From Octopus sinensis (Eukaryota): DNA of 31,364 nucleotides. This document shows, piece by piece, positions 13,401-24,800 of the stretch (position 1 is its first letter; each line of letters starts with the position of its first letter). A program made the translations under genes and the position numbers. The stretch lies in assembly GCF_006345805.1 (NCBI RefSeq), contig NW_021834759.1, forward strand, positions 1-31,364, written 5' to 3'. The notes beneath the pieces were generated by a model, which worked only from the letters and a program-made list of their open reading frames with translations, made no database searches and was not told the DNA's origin.

Positions 13401-15736
13401 TGGCTGACATAACAATACTAACAAGAGACTAAAAGGATATGCAAATAGTTCTGGTTAGTAGACTCGATAGAGTAAGTACTTAGTCATGAATGTGGTTTCA
13501 AGCAAATAAGTAATGCAGTCTATAATTTGTGAGAGGTCAGCTGGAGCAAGGAAGTTACGAACGGCAGGAGAACTCATGCCAAAAGTTAAAGACAAACCAA
13601 AAGTTAAAGATGGTGGTACGCTATCTTGTTGACTGATACATGCTGGGGTAGTGAGACCATGGCAAAGCTGAAGATGGACAGAAAACAACTGATAATTCAA
13701 AACTACTAAAAAAAAGCAAAATTTCATGTTTCCAGTTCGATTTATATATTCTTCAGAATAAATTGTTTGTTCTCAATTTGGATATAACTCCTTTGTAATA
13801 ATGTGTACATGAACAGTTATTTTGTAGTTAAGTAGGTTTGGTACAAAAGTACAGTGTTTCAGGATACCTGTTATCGCTTACCTCTCCACCTGTGTAGAAC
13901 TAATCATTGCTCACCTGAAAAAAGTCGCTTATTAAGGAAAATGAATGACATCAAAGTATTTTCAAATATTTCCTTAATCAGATTATATTCTGGTGAAGTG
14001 TGATGTGGTCAGTTAAAAATAAAGATTGCCAACAGTGACCTTTAAAAAAGAGAGCGGGGTTATGTTTATCCTACCTGAAACGATGTGTCATGGTCCGACT
14101 TTTGAGGACCAATTTGGTTGTCATGGAATTAAGTAGAAAACGAGAAGAATGTTGATTAGTGAAGTCTAGAGATGAGAGGACAATCATGTCATAGATTAGA
14201 TTAAATATAAGAAAGAGATTAGCAGTGTTAACAAGGGATTATTAAATGAGATAAGTGCAATGTTGTTAGATTATGTAGGATGTCTTAATAGAGAGAGGAG
14301 ATTGAGGAAGGTCAGTCTATTTAGTAGTAGACCTATATATTGGGTATATTACACGGTCCCATGGTAGAGAGTGTAAAAATGCTGACCAAAGCCATATTAC
14401 TCACCAGTTGACCATTGATTACATGAATGTCTCACAATAATAAAATACAGAATTTAAAGATAAAGAATTTTTACTATGAAGTATAAAACTTGGAAATGTT
14501 TATTTCAGTGCGTCCAAAGTTTAAAGAGAAAGCATCCCAAAGAGTGGCAGAGCCAGTTGGTGAGTATAAAATAACTGTATCTAATTGACGTCTACAAATT
14601 TTACCTCCACCTGAACTACATAATTTGTGTGAATCACTGAGAAGCGGTTCTATTGCTATATTTCATTCGAATGGTTAGCTACAAAGTAATTCTGTTCTAC
14701 TACAAATGCAAGAATATCCAATAAATGGATTTTACGGAAATAGGGAAACATGAGACACAGGAAAAAGATCTCATACGATAAGGAAAAATACAAAAGATAA
14801 AATATAAAACCTGAAGCGGTTCGCTCCCCTTAAGGGGAATATTCTCTCTTTCTATCATCTCGTTGCCATATTGTCATTTCTCTCTCTCTCTCTCTCTCTG
14901 ACTATGGATGCATCTACAAGCCCATTGATATTACTGATTTAAAATTTAATAAAATGTCCAGCAGTGTTGGCGCTGTTGGTAAAATGGCTAAATTAGAAAA
15001 CACAACAGACTTCATATTGTCTTTGGAATAAAGGAAAGCAATTTGTCGTTTAAAGGTAAAAACAGATGAGATAATGAGAGAGCTTGTTTGTTGTACATTT
15101 TAATAAGTTTCCTAATTGTTGTTGTTGTTGTCGGTCTTTTTTAACAAGGTGACTAAGTTGAAGGTCAGTCTATTTAGTAGTAGACCTATATATTGGGTAT
15201 ATTACACGGTCCCATGGTAGAGAGTGTAAAAATGCTGACCAAAGCCATATTACTCACCAGTTGACCATTGATTACATGAATGTCTCACAATAATAAAATA
15301 CAGAATTATTCATAAAGATAAAGAATTTTTACTATGAAGTATAAAACTTGGAAATGTTTATTTCAGTGCGTCCAAAGTTTAAAAGGAAAGCATCCCAAAG
15401 AGTGGCAGAGCCAGTTGGTGAGTATAAACTAACTGTATCTAATTGACTTCTACAAATTTTACCTCTACCTGAACTACATAATTTGTGTGAATAGCGGAGA
15501 ACAGATTCCATTGATACATTTTATTAGAATGGTTAGCTACAAAGTAATTCTATTCTACTACAAATGCAAGAATATCCAATAAATGGGTTTTACGGAAATA
15601 GGGAAACATGAGACACAGGAAAAAGATCTCACACGATAAGGAAAAATACAAGAGATAAAATATAAACCCTGAAGCGGTTCGCTCCCCTTAAGGGGAATAT
15701 TCACTCATTCTATCATCTCATTGCCATATTGTCATT

Positions 15737-15808
<72 letters not shown>

Positions 15809-18800
15809 TATGGATGCATCTAAAAGCCCATTGATATTACTGATTTAAAATTTAATAAAATGTCCAGCAATGTTGGCGCTGTTGGTAAAATGGCTAAATT
15901 AGAAAACACAACAGACTTCATATTGTCTTTGGAATAAAGGAAAGCAATTTGTCGTTTAAAGGCAAAAACAGATGAGATAATGAGAGAGCTTGTTTGTTGT
16001 ACATTTTAATAAGTTTCCTAATTGTTGTTGTTGTTGTCGGTCATTTTTAACAAGGTGACTAAGTTGAAAATTGTTACAAGTGTGAACACCCTCTCTTTTT
16101 TTCACTGATAGTAAATCTATCATTACATCCCCTAAACGTTGTGTTTATCCCAGTAGGAGACTTTGGTCTGCTGCTGAGACAATTGCTCTCTTTCTCTCTC
16201 CTCAAGATTGGGTGCAAGATACAATGCAATCGATTATAGTGTCTTCATCATCGAATTGGCTGGGTGGTCACTATCCATGTCCTTATTCAGAATTACTGTC
16301 CACCTCGATTGCTTGAGAAACACATCTCCCTTAAACATTCCCCATTTTCTATAGTGGTATGTCACCGACCACTTTATAAAGGGTCCTGAGTACTTTTTAA
16401 TGTGGCAATAGCACTAGAAAGAGTTTCATGTGTCCAACATTGAAACTAGAATAACTGCAGATTGCACAAATCCAGTCACTTGGATTATGCTTGTTATGGG
16501 GATGCTTTTATGGGGATTAGCAGATTTATCAGAAGAAATTACTGAAAGAAATCACTTAAGAAGGCATTCGTGGATGACATAAAATACTAAGAAGAGATCA
16601 GATGTATGTGCAAATAGTTCTGGATAGACTAATTACTCGGTCAAGAATGCAGTTTAAGGCAAATAATTAGCAGTAGAAATTACGCCAAAGATCAAAGAGA
16701 AACCTGTAAAAGGTTTCGGACACTGGCACGCTACTTCGTCATCTAAAACTAGGAGAGGCATTGAGATTAGCGAAAGATAAATCTAAATTACGGGGAGCAC
16801 TTACAAGATTTCCTGCTTCCCGTTTGATTTATATGCTCGTCTTGCTTATATAATTCTGGAGTTTCATTTCTTATGTAACATTTCAGATATATATTCTCAG
16901 TGAATCTTGTACCACTCGACACGACTAAAAGTAGAGTAAAGGAACTTGACTAAATACAGAACTGCCAGTGGCAGTTGACAGCGTTGATCGTCCAAATTGG
17001 TTACTCTGCTAGCTTAATACCGTAACTACGTTGGGGTAGTACGGAGTGCGTTCTCTGTGAACATATCAATTCTGCAATAAGGTGTTCTAGATAACCATAT
17101 CCAAATATTATTGTTCTAGATAACCATATCCAAATATCTACTGTTCTTACACGCAACGTGTACGTGCGCGCCATAACGTATGTTCATCACAGTAATCTGA
17201 GAATGAGCTGTTAGTGAGGTTTTGTGAAAGTGTATTGTGTTTTATGACAGCTGAAACACTTTCTGTTGGTCTAATCATTGCTTACCATTGTTTTTAATAT
17301 ATTTCCTGAATCTGATGACCTTCTGAGGAACTGTGATGCCAGGAGTTAAATATTACCAGCGGCAACCTTTAAGAAAGGGAACCGCTCAGTATGCATCCTA
17401 CGGATGATTAGAACTGGTTCCTTCAGTGGTCAGCGTGGTCTAGTGGGCTGAAACACAAATCAGGAAATACAAGATCACAAAGCTATTGACCAAGGTTCAA
17501 ATCTTGCTGGAGACAGTATTTTAGAAAGTAGCAGGAGGACACCTAGGAGTTATGAGCTGGGTGTGCCCGGCTCATTAAGAGTGTCATGTATAAGGACCGA
17601 AACATTTGTGGGATGGGAGTTCTTCCTTGAAGATCTCTCCTGCTGTGTGTTCACTTGAAAGAGCTTCTCTTGCTTTGTTTTCACTCCGTGTTTATCCTAG
17701 TTGAAGTGGTATGTCATGTGTTTGTAGAGAGATATTTGATGACCAGCTTGGTTGAAATCAGAATTAAGGAGAAATTGAGAAGAATATTGGTTGACCAAAA
17801 CTGGAAGTAAGAGGAGAATACCGTGTTTTAGATGTGGCACAAATGTAAGAAAGGAAAAAAAGCAGAAGAGACACACAGGGTTGTCAAGTGATAATTAAAT
17901 GAGATAGTTACCACATTGTTAGATTATATAGAAAGAAGAAATTTATGAAGATTAGTCTATTTTGTTGTAGTCATGATATTGAGCTATAGATAATATAAGA
18001 ATGCTAACCAAAGCCACAGTGGTCTCCCATCATGCAGTGATGATAGGTAACTCTTGCTATAATATTCTATAGATTATTAATGCAAATTTACACATTTTAC
18101 TATAGATTATAACACTTGGAAATATTTTTTTCAGGGATTCAGCTGCCACGAAAGCAACACCTTATGAATGTAGCAGAGGAATTAGTTGATGACTGGTTTC
18201 TAGCTGGTGAGTATAATTGATTTCTGTCAATTTTACCTTCCCTGAGCTATTTTGTTTGTCGGAATTACTGGGAAATTCTTCCATTTACCGACAGATTTGT
18301 AAAATTCTTTCCACATGTGACAATCCCGATATGTTCCTGGCAGAATGTAATCAAATATGCCTTTTAAAACATGATAGCTTGTCCTTTTAATACAATTTAG
18401 CTGTTATACCTACCGGTTGAAGCATCCACATGCCTCATTGGGTCATTGTTCACTCCCAGGTGTGACAGGATTGTGGTGGGCTTGATCTGTACTTATTTTA
18501 AGCATTTGTAATCCATGTTCCACACATAATTTGTTTTAGGTTGATAGACAAGTGTTACTTCTAGATTGTTTATTGTACTGTCTTGAGAAAAAAAAATCAA
18601 GTATTATTTTGGAGTTCTAAATAAGTTTTTATTAACCTCTCGGAGACTTACTGACACCCTACTCTATTTTACCATCCCTTTTCAAACTCAACTTTTCCCT
18701 GTCATCTCAGTATTAGATCGCCTCCACCGGCTCAATCTTTATTTCTCATTTACTTTTTTGCCTTCATGTGCATGGCCTTGAAGTAATGTTTAAGGATCTG

Positions 18801-21800
18801 GAGAAACAGGGTTCAGTGAAGTAGTGATATAATATTTGTGTAGCTGATGTTGCGCGAAAGCCCTCTACATTTCTACATGTTCCAAAGTCCATTACATTTT
18901 TACATGTTCAAAAGCCCTCTACATTTTTACATGTTAAACCATGTACCCCAGGTCCCTAATTGTTTCTATCTAAATAGTCACATCCTTAGGGACGCTGCTG
19001 TCAATGTAAATGAAATGTAAGTTAAGACTGATAAGATTGTTGAAATGCTAGACTGGAAGTATGTAGACGTGGGTTGCATGCAAGAGGTTAGGTGGAGGGG
19101 TGTCTCAGTAAAACTCTTCACAGACAAAGATTATTGGTATAAAATCTCCTGGAAAGGCAAGTGTGATAGCGCACCGTGAGAAAATGGATGCATAAAGTGA
19201 ACAAGTTAAAGTGTGCGATTGGATCAGGATTACTGCACAAACAAAAGGATCACTTTTATGGTGTTCTCATGCAAACTACTACAATGATGACCTTATTTTT
19301 ATGGTTGGTGGCTTCAGTGAACATGATGAGCAGCGATCCCGTGGATTCTATGGTGTCAAATGAGGAAGAAACAAGGCTATTAGAGTTCTATGTTGTAAAT
19401 AATCTAATGATCTACAACACTAACTTTAGGAAACCATACAGTCACATGATCACCTATCAATATGGTAGGTACACAATCCAGAGTGACTTCACTCACCAGA
19501 GAGTGAGAAAGGTGTTGGGCAGTACATTCTTCTCAAATGAAGAAGACGGAAGTGTGGGAGAGGAGTGTGTACATAGTGGATTTTAAAAAATGACATATGG
19601 GAGTGCTACTATGAAAGGTTATTCAATGAGGAGAATGCATAGGCGAATGAGTTTTATCAATTTGGATTCAATAGGGGGAGTAGCCAACCAAATCGACAGA
19701 AGTATGTTAGATAAAGCAACTAAGGCATATCGATCATGAATCACTGCCAAGGTACTTAAACTATGTGATAGAATGGGCTATGGCCTAGTCGATATATGTA
19801 GTTATTTAGGTGGTGCAGAAAGGTGCATATAGTTAGCCAGTTTGTTTGTGAAGGAAGGCATTATACTCCAGGACTGGTACAGCAGCAAATTACTTCACCA
19901 GGGCTTTTATCACTGCCTTTAAGACCTTAACAAAGCAGTTTAAGATCGGTTGCCTGTGTGAACTCTTTTATGCTGATTACATTGTTCTTATAATTGAGTG
20001 AATAATATAATTAGTAAAGAAATATAAGAAGCAAAAGCTGGAAACACAAGGCATTAAAATTACCTTCGCAAATATCAAAGACCTAGTTAGCAGCAAAACA
20101 TATAGTACACCAACCAACCCCTTCAGAAAAATGGCTCAGGTCAATGTGTTTGCAGAAATTCCATATAGTACAGTCAGTAGATAAATACGATGTGCTGGGA
20201 AGATAACGGAGAAAGTAGTGTTTGTATGTGGCAGATGTGCAGACATAATAAATACTAAGAACACGAAATTCTTTTTTAATGTCCAGGAGGATACTTGGAG
20301 GTAGTTGATAGTTTCTGTTGCTTATGTGATCAAATCTGTAGATGAGGAGGATACGCAGAATGTATAGTTGCTAGAAAAAAGATAGGATGGAGAAACTTCA
20401 GGGAGCTGTTACCTATGTTGGTAGCGGAAGTTGTCTCTCATAGTGAAACGAAGATTGTATGACGCTAGTGCATGGAGAGCAATTCAACATTGTAGTGATG
20501 TGTGATTTGTGAATGCAGAGGACATACAAAGACTAGAAAGAATGGAAGCCAGCATTCTTCACTGTAAGTGCAATGTCAATGTGGATATACACCCAAATGT
20601 GTGCTCAGACGAAAATTGGGTAGGATATACATCAGGGGTTGTGTGCAAGGTTTGGATATAAGATACAGGTGGATGAAAGCAGGTGCATAAAGAAGAGCTA
20701 ATTGCTAAATGTAGATGGAAGTCATGGACGTGGGTGGCCCAGGAAGATGGGGAAGGAATCAATTGGAACCAGTCAGAGGTTGTTGAGCCTCATGGTGTAG
20801 TAGACAAAAAGGGCTGCAATGAATGATGAAATCATCATTCATTGCAGCCCTTTTTGTCTACTACACCATGAGGCTCAACAACCTCTGACTGGTTCCAATT
20901 GATTCCTTCCCCATCTTCCTGGGCCACCCACGTCCATGAATTCCATCTACATTTAGCAATTAGCTCTTCTTTATGCACCTGCTTTCATCCACCTGTATCT
21001 TATATCCAAACCTTGCACACAACCCCTGATGTATATCCTACCCAATTTTCGTCTGAGCACACATTTGGGTGTATATCCACATTGACATTGCACTTACAGT
21101 GAAGAATGCTGGCTTCCATTCTTTCTAGTCTTTGTATGTCCTCTGCATTCAATAGGATGTGGAAAAGTTGTCTAACATATTCACACTTGGAAAAATGGAT
21201 GTATGATGAAGACAATGAACTTGTTAGGAAACTGATTTTATCAGAGCATCTGGCTGGTGCTTCTTGCCTTACTGCAAGACGTATGACAAGACGATAATTT
21301 CTCAAACCATGTTTGAGAAATCCTATTCGACTCAGTAAAAATTATGTTCTTAATGCATATTCTTTTTGCTTAAGCTCTTACACCTAATCTCTATATATCA
21401 ATCTTAAAACCATCCGTTATCCACTTTTCTTACCATTGCAACTTCAGCTGCTGTAATTAAAGGGGGACATCCATCTCCCTTTTCTCTTACCAGTTATCTT
21501 TCCTCTAAGAACCACTTCCCTTGTCATGCATTATGCACTCCCAGCATCATTCCTTGCGACTATATTTCCACTGCATGCCCCTTACCCCTTAAACGTCCTA
21601 TAACTCACTACCTCCACACCAGTGCACCTCCGTCTTCATCCACAAACACTTCTCATCAACTCCTTATTTCCCATCTACCTACGCTTTTATTCAACTTTTG
21701 TTTATTAAACTTTTCCTCCATCACTACCATTATCTTTCTTTGTGTCTTCTCACCTATCTGCTCTCCTTTCTTGACTCACTCTAATTTTCTCAACATTTCC

Positions 21801-24800
21801 CCCAAACCGCTATTCACCAATATCTAAGCGTCCTTCCATATTTGCCATTCACTGCATTTACTCCTAGCCTCATCTCTACTGACTGTCACTCTTCTTTCAC
21901 ACTATCATGACTCTACCCAGCCTCCCACACCCCCGTCCAGTCTCCGTCTTGTTGAGGACTTGTGGTCCTTAATTGTATGTGGTGTGGGGTTGCCGTCTAT
22001 CCCCTGGCCAGTCTGTTCCTCTGTATTTTTGTTGTAGTTCTTTAGCCCCCTGGTCAATTATATAGCCATGTTTCTAAACAGACAAGCACCTTTGTTGATT
22101 ATGTTAATGGACGGGATCAACGCAGCACTGTAAGTTAATGAAACTCTCACCAATTATGAAATAATTATCCTAACAATGGATGTAAACTCAACTTGATTTT
22201 GTTTCTCAATTTTCCTTTATTTTACAATAGCCGTATGGAAAGGCATGAACATCACAATACCTCATTTCCCCTTCATTGAAAGTGTAACATCAAATAACAT
22301 TTAGACGAAGTTTCTATTATTGAAAGGAACGCCTTGTTCCTCCCTATGGTACCTATTTACATTTACCAAGACATGAATTGTTGATGTCTGTGACTACAGC
22401 TCCAGACAATGTCCTCTCAGTTAGCTTATAGAAGTGATTTATCTAAATTAAGAGAGGACATCATCTATGACATTATCGTCTTGTCATACGTCTTGCAGTA
22501 AGGCAAGAAGCACCAGCCAGATGCTCTGATAAAATCAGTTTCCTAACAAGTTCATTGTCTTCCATACTCTTATCTTCCTAACAAGTTCATTGTCTTCCAT
22601 ACTCTTATCTTCCTAACAAGTTCATTGTCTTCCATACTCTTATCTTCCTAACAAGTTCATTGTCTTCCATACTCTTATCTTCCTAACAAGTTCATTGTCT
22701 TCCATACTCTTATCTTCCTAACAAGTTCATGGTCTTCCATACTCTTATCTTCCTAACAAGTTCATGGTCTTCCATACTCTTATCTTCCTAACAAGTTCAT
22801 TGTCTTCCATACTCTTATCTTCCTAACAAGTTCATTGTCTTCCATACTCTTATCTTCCTAACAAGTTCATTGTCTTCCATACTCTTATCTTCCTAACAAG
22901 TTCATTATCTTCCATACTCTTATCTTCCTAACAAGTTCATTATCTTCCATACTCTTATCTTCCTAACAAGTTCATTGTCTTCCATACTCTTATCTTCCTA
23001 ACAAGTTCATTGTCTTCCATACTCTTATCTTCCTAACAAGTTCATTGTCTTCCATACTCTTACCTTCCTAACAAGTTCATTGTCTTCCATACTCTTATCT
23101 TCCTAACAAGTTCATTGTCTTCCATACTCTTATCTTCCTAACAAGTTCATTATCTTCCATACTCTTATCTTCTAACAAGTTCATTGTCTTCCATACTCTT
23201 ATCTTCCTAACAAGTTCATTGTCTTCCATACTCTTATCTTCCTAACAAGTTCATTGTCTTCCATACTCTTATCTTCCTAACAAGTTCATGGTCTTCCATA
23301 CTCTTATCTTCCTACAAGTTCATTGTCTTCCATACTCTTATCTTCCTAACAAGTTCATTGTCTTCCATACTCTTATCTTCCTAACAAGTTCATTGTCTTC
23401 CATACTCTTATCTTCCTAACAAGTTCATTGTCTTCCATACTCTTATCTTCCTAACAAGTTCATTATCTTCCATACTCTTATCTCCTAACAAGTTCATATC
23501 TTCCATACTCTTATCTTCCTAACAAGTTCATTGTCTTCCATACTCTTATCTTCCTAACAAGTTCATTGTCTTCCATACTCTTATCTTCCTAACAAGTTCA
23601 TTGTCTTCCATACTCTTACCTTCCTAACAAGTTCATTGTCTTCCATACTCTTATCTTCCTAACAAGTTCATTGTCTTCCATACTCTTATCTTCCTAACAA
23701 GTTCATTATCTTCCATACTCTTATCTTCCTAACAAGTTCATTGTCTTCCATACTCTTATCTTCCTAACAAGTTCATTATCTTCCATACTCTTATCTTCCT
23801 AACAAGTTCATTGTCTTCCATACTCTTATCTTCCTAACAAGTTCATTGTCTTCCATACTCTTATCTTCCTAACAAGTTCATTAACTTCCATACTCTTATC
23901 TTCCTAACAAGTTCATTGTCTTCCATACTCTTATCTTCCTAACAAGTTCATTATCTTCCATACTCTTATCTTCCTAACAAGTTCATTGTCTTCCATACTC
24001 TTATCTTCCTAACAAGTTCATGGTCTTCCATACTCTTATCTTCCTAACAAGTTCATTATCTTCCATACTCTTATCTTCCTAACAAGTTCATTATCTTCCA
24101 TACTCTTATCTTCCTAACAAGTTCATTGTCTTCCATACTCTTATCTTCCTAACAAGTTCATTGTCTTCCATACTCTTATCTTCCTAACAAGTTCATTATC
24201 TTCCATACTCTTATCTTCCTAACAAGTTCATTGTCTTCCATACTCTTATCTTCCTAACAAGTTCATTATCTTCCATACTCTTATCTTCCTAACAAGTTCA
24301 TTGTCTTCCATACTCTTATCTTCCTAACAAGTTCATTGTCTTCCATACTCTTATCTTCCTAACAAGTTCATTAACTTCCATACTCTTATCTTCCTAACAA
24401 GTTCATTGTCTTCCATACTCTTATCTTCCTAACAAGTTATTGTCTTCCATACTCTTATCTTCCTAACAAGTTCATTGTCTTCCATACTCTTATCTTCCTA
24501 ACAAGTTCATGGTCTTCCATACTCTTATCTTCCTAACAAGTTCATTATCTTCCATACTCTTATCTTCCTAACAAGTTCATTGTCTTCCATACTCTTATCT
24601 TCCTAACAAGTTCATTATCTTCCATACTCTTATCTTCCTAACAAGTTCATTGTCTTCCATACTCTTATCTTCCTACAAGTTCATTATCTTCCATACTCTT
24701 ACCTTCCTAACAAGTTCATGGTCTTCCATACTCTTATCTTCCTAACAAGTTCATTGTCTTCCATACTCTTATCTTCCTAACAAGTTCATTATCTTCCATA

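Larger units (their letters stand above)
14307..16065 (+). repeat. Recent tandem duplication C1 (14307-15159) / C2 (15160-16065)
   Basis: Both copies begin gaaggtcagtctatttagtag and end aacaaggtgactaagtt; they differ mainly in (TC)10 versus (TC)~32. Confidence 0.93.

Noticed and set aside
16901-16953. B-like exon start (ctcag|tgaatc)
   Set aside because: Reaches TAA with no phase-1 donor; lies in the HERO-type relic.
17429-17515. tRNA-Leu-like gene (A-box gtggtctagtgg, B-box ggttcaaatc)
   Set aside because: Anticodon and T stems do not pair; at best a relic within LINE debris.
20559-21102. Two near-identical 67-aa ORFs as a gene pair
   Set aside because: Mirror images produced by the foldback; antisense to RTE sequence.
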